A stretch of 64,000 nt of DNA, taken from Phoronis australis (lineage: Eukaryota; Animalia; Phoronida). Shown piece by piece: positions 1 to 11,800 of this stretch; the first letter of the stretch is position 1, and the number at the start of each line of letters is the position of its first letter. Under the pieces are notes generated by a model, which searched no databases, had not been told where the DNA came from, and saw nothing but the letters and a program-made list of their open reading frames with translations. The stretch covers positions 269,250 through 333,249 of the forward strand of contig NMRA01000206.1 of NCBI GenBank assembly GCA_002633005.1, read 5' to 3'. Both the position numbers and the translations under genes were made by a program.

Positions 1-2964
1 TACATAGGTTTCTCACTAACCCCAGACTGCGTCGCAACTGGAAGACTTCGTGAGGTCCACGAGAAAATTTAGTGGAGCGTCGCCGTATTCGGTGATATGG
101 AGTAAACATTTTTCTGCAGACTGTTTCGAGATCGACAGCCTGCAATCGCAGTATGGTTGGAAACCAAGGTAAGTGAAATTTTAAGTAATATTCAAAACTG
201 TACATGCTGTCGCTTTGCGGAAGCTNTCGTTTGTTTTGATCGCGCAGATTTTAAGAAAATAAAAAAGAAAAGAAAAAATATGTACAGGCAGCAGATCGAC
301 CCCATACTTACGAAAAGTTCTAATTAAGTGTCAGAGAGTATGTTTCAATGGTTTTTATGCAGATTCACGATGTTTTTAAAACGTCTACAAACGGATCATA
401 TGACTTTAAGCGGAGCGATTACGCGTTGTTTCCACATTATTCTTGGTGATTGAGACCATAAAAGATCAATTAAAAGATAATTATTGACCAGCATATGCTT
501 TTATCCAATGATGATGCTGTCTTTTAATTGTACTTAAGTAAATATTTGGTATCAATGACAATCATGTATATTTTTACTTGTTCTGAAAAATCACATCCCC
601 GAACCTACTCGCTACTGAGCCATCAAAATCAGTACATCTAAGTGAATAATGTATTCTCTGTTCAAATATATACTGCTTTAAAAACTAATTTCTTAATAAG
701 TATTCCAAAATCAGATTTCTTCTGTTTTATTAAAACAAACATATCCCTGCAAAATCTGTACTTATGTTAAACTTGACATTGGAAGTTTTGTGGATTTGCA
801 CTGCTTACTTACGAGCTTTGTTTTGTGACTCAAAACTTGCGCAAAAAGTAAAGTACATAGTAATCAAAATATCAAACCTGTACGACTGAATTGCGCATCC
901 GACCTGTACCCAAAATACAGAATTTTCCACTGGAAACCGAGTGGAAATATACCCAACCGAGCCGGTGTAGCATTAAATAATCACCCCATGAAAAATGACT
1001 CCGGCTGGTTTTTTCACAGGGTCTAAATTTAATGTGAAGAATTTTTAGCCCATGAAAAAATGACCGCACATTCGTGAAAACCTGTCCCGTCATTATTCAA
1101 CGGTTCCAGGGGAGTAACCAGAATTTTGATTCGGGGGGGCCAAGGCAGATCATATGCGCGCACCCAGCCCAGTAATTGAGGGTTGCTCAAATTTCGCGGT
1201 AATGTAGACCTTGTACTGGAACAAGAAGACGAGTACTAAAAAAGCTGGGTACTAGGTTCAACCCCTGAGCATTGTGCATTCCCGACGAATTCCTGTGGAC
1301 TTTTGTCTCGTTTCCTCAGACTTTTTGTTTCTTTAAGAAGTCCCCCGAGCCCCCCTCTCTAGGCGCGCGCGTGTATTAGCCAGGATTTTGCCCGTAGGAC
1401 TTTCGCACCCCCGAACTGCCAAATGGAATCTGGGAGAATTTTAAGGGGGGGGGTCTTGGCCCACACAGGGGATTGGGATAAGCAGACGCGATACCCCGGC
1501 GCAATTGGCGATCTTTCAACAATGTTCGGTAGGCGGATGTTTAGGTCTAGGGGTCACCTCAGTAACGCGCGGCAAGGGAAATCTTACTTTTTGTATATAT
1601 GCCGCAGTTAGAGAGTGAAAGTACTGGACGGCGTGCGGACCAGGAATATGATATGGGGAAGCTGGGCTGAAGCGAAAACAATCACAATTTTTCGAACAGT
1701 CCTTCGTTCAGTTGTCCAGCTTGGCAAATGGCCATTTTTATATTGCTCGTGCCAGGATATAATATCTGACTACTGAACAGCAAGAAGACCGATCCAAAAT
1801 ACTTGGCCACATGTTGAGAATCTTCCTATCGCAGCCAAGTTTTCTTACTATAAAAGTCAAATTTGGAACCGTGAGTGAGGCCGAGCGTGCGTGAGAGAAG
1901 AATTTATTTTAAATTTCTCGGCGGCTAAGGGACGCGCAGTACGTATGCCAGATTAAGAGCAGGGGTGGATAGGAACGGTTCGAAATAATGTGTGAGAGTG
2001 GACATGATCTCTTTGTGAGGACATAATTACACGGTGTGGGGATACTACAAAACACCAACAAGTGCCTGATGCTTGATCGGGGGTGACTTCAGATCCGTGA
2101 GAAAGGAATACCGTGCGTGAGAGAAAAATATTTATACGTTGGCAATCCCGAGCGATGCACAGGAGAGGAGTTGAGACAGTCTGTGTTATAAAATGTTTGA
2201 ACATGAATGACATTTCTGATTTCCCCATCAAAAACTGGTTGCTATGCTTAAAGTTTTAGAATCACCAAAATTGCCCAAATATACAATCGAAGTCAAAACT
2301 ATCACACGCTCACAACCGCTGTACGTCTGGTAAAGTCACGGAACGGGAAAACACCCTAATGAACTTTAGAAAGATGTCCAATGAGGTCATTTTTCACAGT
2401 AGTTCACATTAAATTTAGACCCCCATTAAATGCGGCCTGTGTCGTATTTTAAATTTACGTAGTTACCTGGGGTCATTTTCAATACTGAAAGGCTTTAATT
2501 ATTGGGGCACAACAAAAGTACGTCCCAAGTGAGCAGCACGTCTTCTGGATATAATGTATTTGCACCGAGCGACACGAATTAAATGATAAATTTGCGCGAT
2601 CTTACTGGTTTCTCTTGAAAAAACAAAAAAATAAAATGCTCACAATGGATAACAAGCGTGCAACCGCTCGGCCAATTCGAGAATCTGCCACTGGTTGCGA
2701 TCTTCTAATGGTTTGATATTTTCCCTATCGTCTTATTGAAACTTAAAAAACGCATGTAAGTGAGACATCACATGTTATTTTTATTTGTCTGGAAAAAATC
2801 ACACCCTTCCGCCTCTTTATTTGTTAGATATCGCGCTTTGAAAAGAGCAATTTTCCCGTACAGGGCAATTAGCCGTGTCACGTGACTAGTAACTTTCTCC
2901 AATATGGCGTCAAGTTGTCAGCTGCAGTAGCGCGTGCGCCCGGTCTATAGTACTAAGATGTAAC

Positions 2965-4342
2965 CATAGGCGGATTTAGGGGGGGGCCCCCCCCCTTGGC
3001 TGCCGCAAAAAAAATAAAACAGCAAGAGCGTAGGGAAATGTTGAGTTTAGTAATTAACCCCGGTAATTAAAATTATACGGATGAAAAAAGATTTAAATGT
3101 GTGCAGTTTTAGTGTTGGGGGGAGGGGAGGGGGGATCAGATCCTATTTCAAGTGTAAATTTGTAACCGAACTATGGCTAAGTATAGGTTCTCCCGCGATA
3201 TCCCAGGCGACCGGCAGTGGCGCTGCGCACTACGACTCCGTTTCCGTCGTCTGCTCCACTGTGCAATGAAGAAAATTTACTTCATTTTTTAAAGAAAATG
3301 GAACCTGAGTGACGATGAAAAAACAGAAGCTGCTGGTAAGATGTGAATTTTAATCGAAACCTTAGTGAATCACTCAGAAACTCGCAATTCTCTCTTTGTC
3401 AAACCTTAACTTAAGACGATTTCCAAAGCAATCCCGTCATTGCCAACACGAAAAACGGATTTGGTCTTTTGTCCATTTGAAGACTATTTTAAATACAACA
3501 AATTTGTTAAGAATTGATGGCACAAAATATAAAACGTGTAATAAGCATTACAAAAAGAAGTAGGTTTCGCGCGCAAACGCTGTGGACCATAATCAACTAG
3601 GTCTCTTAGTATGAGATTAGTAGATAAATCGTGGTGGCGAAGTGGTAAAGCACGCGCGCTCTATCCACCAGGGCCCGGTCTCTAATCTTTGTACTCGAAA
3701 CGAACTCGAAACTATTTTTGGCCGTTTCTCTGCTCCTTTTGAGCGAACTTAAGATAATTGGTTATCAGACTCTGCTCGAATACATTATAGTTTATGCATA
3801 GGAGTTTCTAGTTCAAGTTTGCCCTTGAAGACCCTTATATTCGTGCTACAAACTCGAGTAAAAACTCGAAATTTCGAGTTCAAACTCGAACTTATTGCTT
3901 TAATATTGGGTTTACAAACTGTGAACAAAGGACAATAAATTATCTACGTAAGTTATTGTGTACTCGTGCATAGAATAATAGACACTTATCTTGATTTCGC
4001 CCAAAAGTAGAGTAGAAAATGCCAAACCTAATTTCGAGTTCCATTTCGAGCAAAAAGATTGGAGACCGGGCCCTGGTCGTGAGTTCGAGTCTTCGGTATA
4101 TGGAGTTTTTCCTGTTTGACACGTTCTCCGTATTTTTTTGCCTTTTTTTCTTGGATAATACTTCAGGAATCAAGGAAAATGCTTGATTTTTAGAGGTAAA
4201 AACAGAAAAATTTCCTGCCCCCCTCCCGACCTCCCCCATTCGGTGCTATGCGCACCTACAGTCGTTGTTCAGTTTGCACAAATGCTTACAGCCGGACAAA
4301 ATGTTGGTCCCTCTCCCTTGTGATATCCTAGATCCGCCACTG
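2965..4342. mobile_element. Non-autonomous DNA transposon with CA..GGCGGAT.TAGG TIRs and 5-bp TSD (GTAAC)
   Basis: Left cataggcggatttagg, right cctagatccgccactg; GTAAC at 2960-2964 and 4343-4347. Confidence 0.7.
3668..4076. mobile_element. MITE (PIF/Harbinger-like ends) nested in a tRNA-like sequence
   Basis: TIR ccagggcccggtctctaatcttt / aaagattggagaccgggccctgg, with internal ctcgaa/ttcgag subrepeats. Confidence 0.7.
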
Positions 4343-4345
4343 GTA

Positions 4346-4723
4346 ACTCACTCCGAGTAGAGTTCAGTAACGCCAGGACCCAGCGAAAAAGTAAGACTTC
4401 GCGAGATTACGTGAGTTATTGCCGTGTGTTTTAAATGAGAACATGTGATTTTGCCTAGATTTTGCGAGGTCCTAACGTAGGTCCTAGCGTCTGAACTTTA
4501 CCCCAATCTTGCAGCCGCGGAGGTTGTGCCGCGCATGCTTGAGAGTTGCTTACATTCGTTTGTTCCGCTTAGAGTCCAGTAACGCTAGGACCTACGCGAG
4601 ACCTCGTTAAAGTCTAGTTAAGGTCACGTTTTCTCATAAATTACTCGGCAATACCTCACGTAATCTTGCAAAGTCTTACTTTTTAGCGAGGTCCTAGCTT
4701 TACTGAACTCGACACCGGTGAGT
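4346..4723. mobile_element. Foldback/MITE with long imperfect inverted arms
   Basis: gagttcagtaacgccaggacc...aaaaagtaagacttcgcgagattacgtgag pairs with ctcacgtaatcttgcaaagtcttacttttt...ggtcctagctttactgaactc; related fragment near 20702-20745. Confidence 0.7.
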
Positions 4724-5132
4724 GTACTTGCTACGGAATATACTGTCATTAAAACTTCAACCCCGCCGTTTTTCAACCGTTTGTATAAAAGCCATATAAT
4801 TAGAACGCCAGTTGTTGATGATTATACCAGAAGCAAAAGATAAATTACTTAATTCGTATGAAATTATCATTTGGCATACCTGACCGGTTAAACAATATTT
4901 TTCAATTCTAAAAACCAAGAGTTTACTTACCAAAATCAGAAATATCGTTCAATACATGTACTTGTTTGTTCAACGAAAATCGTAAGGGTGTCGATTACTG
5001 GTACACTGTCTATCATGGGTACATTCACAGTGGGTATACTTACAAGCACAGGTGCTCAGTGAATCCTATTGTTACTTGCATCCGCCTTTCCGGTGAAACA
5101 GCAACATTTTCTGTAGATGTTCGTCTGCTCGA

Positions 5133-5534
5133 AATTTAAAAAACAGGCAATCGCCGAACAAATAAAAAGTTCATGTTCGTTCAACGTTTCGTCTATTCAT
5201 CAAGATAATTATATACAATAAGACAGCAAGTGTCGACATTCCAGTCAGGTGACATCCATGTAGTGGAATGAGAGTAACAAGAGATACAGGGAATAGTAAG
5301 TAGGTCATCACCGTAGTCGCAGAGCTCAGTGACCCTGCAACTACGGTGATGACCTACTTACTATTCTGTGTATCTCTTGCTACTCTCATGTTACTACAAG
5401 GATGTCACCTGACTGGAATGTCAGCACTTGCCGTCTTATTGTATAAAATTACCCTGATGATGTCTAATAAATAGACGAAACGTTGAATGAACATGAACTT
5501 TATTATTTGTGCGGCGATTGTCCGTTTTTTTAAT
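5133..5534. mobile_element. Long palindromic foldback element, copy 1
   Basis: About 400-bp hairpin centred near 5328, e.g. gaatagtaagtaggtcatcaccgtag / ctacggtgatgacctacttactattc. Confidence 0.75.
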
Positions 5535-5821
5535 CTTACTATAGCCAAAAACTGATGCTCAAAATCTCCTTCCCAAATATGCATTGATTTAGTCAATTCA
5601 AAGTCGATTACACATCTTTGAAAGTATGACAGCTTGTTATTACTTGGTATCAGGCTCTATATGCTGACGTGGTCTCAAGGAATAACGGCGTCTCAGTTCC
5701 TTTGCTTCCAAACCTAGAAGTCGCTTCTCACCTGCGTTAGGATCAAGCCGTGTGAGAACAATTTTATTGGATGTTTATAATATTAGCTTTAAATTTCACA
5801 CTTTCATAGGTATTTGACAAA

Positions 5822-5846
5822 ATGGACATGGTTGCTGACAGGGTTT
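5822..5846 (+). CDS. Putative first coding exon (MDMVADRV) of the EGF-TM gene
   Basis: Acceptor ctttcatag at 5809, caaaATGG start context, donor gttagt at 5847. Phase 1 fits the next exon and gives MDMVADRVSQFIALLLLSVALL, a signal-peptide-like N-terminus. Confidence 0.55.
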
Positions 5847-8800
5847 GTTAGTGAACTGCAACAGCGCCTTTAAAAAAATTGCGATCTGGTTCATAGTTAT
5901 CATAATGATGGCACGGTAGTCAGGCTCACTATGCGCGGCATGCACAGTGCTTCTTATTGTCACCAATGCATAAACAGTGAGTGCTGATGACATTTGAGCA
6001 TTCCTAAGGTTGTAATAATCTGCATGTTATCGATAATTTTCGTGCAAGTTCAGGTCTCCGATGAACCAAGAGTAAAAAAGTAGTAGATTTTGTGGCTTTC
6101 TTGCACAGAAATAGAACCATCTCAGACCATTTTTAAGCCCTGTTCATATAATTTGATTTTTCGTGTACGATTTCGTATAATTCTGTCGTATACGACGAAT
6201 TGCACTGTGAAGACAGGTGTTCCAAATTTTGTTTGCGGTGTAACTCGATATACGAAAAATTTCAGTGCGTATTTACGGCTTAATTTTACTGATAGTTCTT
6301 AGACTAAAATTACCTTGAAAAAAATGGGGCGCTAATTTAAGGAAACGTCCTAGCCTGTTGAATGTTTGTAACTAATGCATTGATCGCAGCCGGCATTACT
6401 TACATGTAATTTCAGCACAATTCATCGCGTTGCTTTTGTTGAGTGTGGCACTTCTTAACATAGTGTCCAGGGCATCTGCGGAGCGCAGGACCACGGATGA
6501 TGATGATGTTTTACCACCATTACTCAGTATTGAGCGATCCATTCTGAATCCCATTGCTCTGCGAGACCGCCACCTGCAGTCGCACAATGTTGTTGAGGTG
6601 CCCAAGCTCAGGAAGCACCGAACGCGCAGGAACGCAACAAGTCATGGGCACTTCCACCCGAACTCCCCGCGCAACAAGGAAGGCAGGCCGCGACCTTCGA
6701 ACAGCCTTGCGAGCCCGTGCGAGTCAAATCCTTGCGTTAACGGTCAATGTGTCAACATCGACAATCTATGGTACAGTTGCAACTGCCACTCGATGTGGTA
6801 CGGCGCGCGCTGCCATATGTATGCGGGACCGTCTACTACTGCTGCTGCATCGAAGACCCTGTGTGACGCGTGCAATCATGGGCAGTGCAAGGAGCTCGAT
6901 GGCAAAGTCACGTGCATATGTGTCCATGGTTGGACAGGAAACGACTGTGACGTCGAGGTGAGCCCATGCGTGCCCAATCCATGTCATAACGGCGGGGAGT
7001 GTGACGTCGATGTGCGAAGCAGCTATTCGTGCGTGTGCCCGGCTCAATTTTCAGGCAAGAATTGTGAGAAGGTCGCGGATCCGTGCGACGAGAATGAGTG
7101 CGAGCACGGCACGTGCCGAGTGGGCGTCAATCGCGAGAATGTGCACTGCGTGTGCGAGGAAGGTTACGAGGGCAACCTGTGCGAAAAGGAGAAGAATGGC
7201 TGCAACGGTAACCCTTGCAAGAACACGGGTACTTGTATTGATGCCGGTAAGGGTCAGTTCACGTGTCAGTGTGCCCAAGGATTTTATGGCGACACGTGTA
7301 GCATACCCGAGGACCCTTGTGGCAAAGTCCGTTGCCAGCACCAGGGAACCTGTCGCAAGTCTTTGGAGTCTTCGAGAAGGTGGGCCATCCACGTTTTTTT
7401 GGTGATGAATTATTTAAAAGATTAAAATTCAGTGCTAATGAGCAGACCACAATTTTGAGCTCAAATCGTAGGGACGGAAGTTTAGAATCGGAATTCAAAT
7501 TCGAACTACAACTTATTTTGCCGAAGATAGTGTTGTGATTGTGCGCATGAATATACTATGTTTTATGCAGCTGAGTTTCTGATCGCCTTGACGACCCCTA
7601 GGCTACAAACAAGACCTCGAGATTTCGAGTTCAAACGCGAGGTTGCAGCCCTAGGGTGGGGTATCTAGTGGAAAAAAAACGTGATTAGACATTCATCTTT
7701 GTAAACCATAATGCATTTGAGCGACGTATAGTTGACATTTATCTCGAGATTTTACTCTAAAGTAGAACAAGAATTAATGCTAAAAATAGTTTGGAGTTCG
7801 AAGATAAGATCTTTGTCCCTGATCTGTAGTGCAGCATTTAGTCCGATATGGTCAGCGTAGTAAGTAACCAACTAAAATATCTGGTTTCACTTGATCTTCT
7901 TAAGTCGCACACGTGTGGCAGTGTGTCGTATCGTGCCGGATTAGCAACGTAACAGACGTAGCATATGCTACGAGCCCCGTGCTTTTTGGGGACTCACGCT
8001 CACGCCATTTTAGACTAAAGAGGCACTTATACCATGAACGTATATTACACGTTTCTATGCATACTTCAGTATCGTGAATTTTCTGATTTTTTTCTGGAAA
8101 TTCCATCACAGGGAAAGTGAATAACTCCGCAGTAGACGTTGCAAGATGGTACTTTTGTCAGACTCGTTTAAAGAATATTTTGCACTGACCGCAGGTGGTG
8201 CGAACGCGATTAGGAAAGTTCGTGTTGGAACTACCCCATGATTTCCAATCTATGCAGGCCCCCATGATTAAGCGATACGATGTTTAAAGAATTGATGCCG
8301 TAATGCTGCTCACAACTTAACTTTAAAGAGGCATGGAACGCGAAAGCTCGTCAGAAATATCTTTTAAACAATTCATGGCGATAGTACCTTCTCGCAACGT
8401 GTACAACAGCTATTCATTTTCCCCTGTTAGGAAATGTCCAGAAAAAAAATCACAAACTCACGATTTTCGAAATACGCGCAGAAAAACTCTAAAGTCACCA
8501 CAGAGTTTCTAATCTTTCTCCCACTTATGATAAATGCGCGCATGCGCTCAGTCATTTGACGAACAGATGACTGACAAGATGGGTATGTGTGACCGCACTC
8601 CGAATCTGGGTTCGACAGCACAGTACGAGACAAGACAGTGAAGCAAGAAATTTCCAAAACAAATATTCCAAGTACATTTTAGAATATATTTGAACACTAC
8701 GATACCTGTATAACTAATTATTAAACAATCAGGACTTACACCAAATGCTTCTTAATCCGACTGGCTGATTATTGAAGTCGCAATTGCTTTGTTTACATCA

Positions 8801-11800
8801 GAGGTCAAAGGTCGGATTTTCCGTTTATGGGAGATGTGCTAGGTCTTGTCATACCAAGTAAATAAAGCTTGACAATGGTGGATGATAACAGTTTTACCGC
8901 TGAAACATGTCGCTACATTTTAGAAAAGTTGTTGTCTTTATTCAAACCATTTCCAATCAGGAGACGTGTTTTGCTTTGTGGGAGAAAAATTGACGAAGTG
9001 GCGAGCAGTTGACAGGGTTTTTTAAATTTGAAATTCAAAGAAAATGCTTTATCAACACAAATTCAAAGTCTACGAACAAAAGAATACCTGGTGAAAAGGT
9101 TGAATTTCATTGGTTTCAATGGCACAGAACCACTTTGAATAATCCAATTTAGTCGTTTCCTTGTTCCAGGCCTCTTTAAAACGAACACACAAAAAACCTG
9201 GGCCCCAAAAAAGTGCAGAGACTCGCCAAGGCACCATGCATTTCTTGGTTTTTAACTGTTCTTGACTTTAGAGCTTCGGTTTGGTTAAAATGCACAGCGG
9301 CAGAATCTGCAGGACTTAAATTTGCTTAAAATGTATATATTTCACAAAGGTAGTACTCCTGACATAACAATTGGCACAAGCGCTGAAACTGTCTGAAATC
9401 GTCTAATTTTGTAATTTGTCCCGTGGACACAATGTCTCATCATGTAGAAGTCTTTGATGAAGTAAATTGCTTACCTTCTCAAAAGTGCAAGTCACATCTA
9501 TTTTCCTTTTGTTGTGAGATAATTGTTGTACGACCATTTGAGTTGGGGTCCGGCGCTACGACTTATGGTACGGTCTCTGCAGTTGCTTGTGAATAGTGAC
9601 GCCAAACCCAATAATTTTGAATAGGGAAGGAAAATAATTTTGTCACAGTCCTAAACCTACGCCAAATTGGAGACGAACAATATGGCGGTGGCTTATTTCC
9701 CTTACACCAACATATTTGTTCAAGCAGGTACTCAACAAAAACAACTTTTTTAAAATGTGAAGCTCGTGCCATTACACCTGTGAACCATACAGATTTGCAT
9801 ATTAACCAAGTGTTTTAACTTGTGACTTTCTGTTACAGATTTTGACTCTATGTAACTTCCAATGAAGTGGCAAAATTTAGAACCAAGATTGCGGAATCTC
9901 TTAGATTACCCAAGTGTGGTGACGGCACACTTTCCGTCTTTATTGGGCGATCAGTGCACCAGATCATAAATCTTTGCATTGAGAATATATAGAGTTGGCT
10001 GTCCATATACTATATCCTATGATGGAATATGACATCTTTCAGTTACCAATGCATTTGCATCGTGGGTTTCCACGGCAGCATGTGTGAGATCCAGACAAAC
10101 CCGTGCGAGGACTCCGATACTCCCAAATGCAAGCACCAGGGCACGTGCTCTGGGGACATGAACGACGGCACTAGAGCGGCCAGCTACACGTGCCACTGCA
10201 CGGTGGGTTACACTGGGGAGCACTGCGAGAATCGCATCAACCCGTGTGCCAGCAACCCGTGTTTGAACGGAGGTGAGACATCACCTCGGCAGCGTCTTCT
10301 AATTTTCAGTTCCGAAAACTCGAGCAGTAGTGAGTCTGGACGTGCAGGGACCTGTCTGCGTATGCTCATAAAAGGAGTAAAATGCATAGTTACGCCAAGG
10401 CAGTAATCTTTAAATCATAGAGGCATTAGAGTATAACTTTTACTAACTTTGTGTTTGGCGTAATCGGTGGAGTCAGTGGAGTTGAGAGCGATAGAGAAAG
10501 ACCAAGTCTAAAGCGACTAATAATTATTGTTATTAATTTCAATTGTAGCCATAGAATTTTATTCGACTTTATCTCAAACGTGACGTCATCCCAAACATGA
10601 GAATACGAGTTTGTGCCCACTGACGTCAATAGTGGAACGGATCATCCATTTGCAGAATTTTTTTCTTCATGCTCAATCTGTGAATACAAGTACAGCGCGA
10701 TTAGTGCAGTATGTGTTGAAAAAGCTTTACTGTTTACCTCCTTTACGTCATCTCAGCTACAGCCATAGCATGCAAGTACAACTTAGAGACAATTGGAGGT
10801 GTAACATTATAACCAGTAATTTGACTTTCGTTTTGCAATTATGCCGGATTGTTTTCACACGTAGGTGTAGAGTAGTTGATTCATTGCATCAAGTGATCCC
10901 TGAGGTTCATGCTAAACAGATGTGCTTACTGCAGGCACATGCTTGACTAGCAAACAAGTGGAGGCGTTGAACGCAATGGGTGATGAGACGGCGGTCATGA
11001 AGAGTGAAGCGTCCAACGTTCAAATCGCGTGCCACTGTAAAGAGGGGTACACAGGTAAGACAGTAGTGCAGATTCGTAGTGACATCTACCGGACAATTCA
11101 TCCAAACACCTCAAAGCACGAACTTTACGTGAAAGTACTGACCCTTCCTCACCTTTGAACAAGAAGTGAACCCTGCACATGTGCTCAAAAAGTGACCCCA
11201 CTTAGCTGCACATTCTGCTTGGACTGTTTCAAGGATTTTATTGGAAAACAAACGCGTAGCAATTGGTCAGGATGAAGTTCTAAGCTTATGCTAAGCTGTC
11301 TGTTTCATGAAAAGTAACTAAACGTAGGATAGAAATTTGGTTACAGTTAAACTCCACAAAGTTTATGAAAAATATTTACATTTCACTTGAGCAAAATCTC
11401 TAAAAATATACAGATATCTGACAATTACTGGGATAATTTCTATGAATAATTTCTAAACTGCGGAGTGGGGGTGTATTAAAGTAAGATCAAATTTCTGTCT
11501 TAGTGGTGAGTCACTTTCATGAAAAAGACCCTGGACAATAAATAATAAAAACATCACTATTATTAGTACGATGTCGCAGACATAGACCAACCAGAATATT
11601 GCCTTTGCTACGTTGGTTAACGTCATGACCTGGGTTCAATCTTATCTCGTTCTGTCGGGCCATGGTACGAGGCTACACAGCCTACTCGCCGTGGCACTAT
11701 TAACCCGGCTCTGCAGCGCTAACTGCTCCATTCCGGTTTGCTCGATGCAGGCAAGTGGTGCGAGGACACGATCAAGTACTGTGACTCGTCGCCGTGCCAA

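Noticed and set aside
3314-3341. ATG plus gtaag donor as first exon of the EGF-TM gene
   Set aside because: It lies inside a transposon and gives phase 0, while the next exon needs phase 1; 5822-5846 fits better.
6396-7538. Several overlapping ORFs of 69-135 aa on both strands
   Set aside because: Shadow frames of the GC-rich EGF exon.
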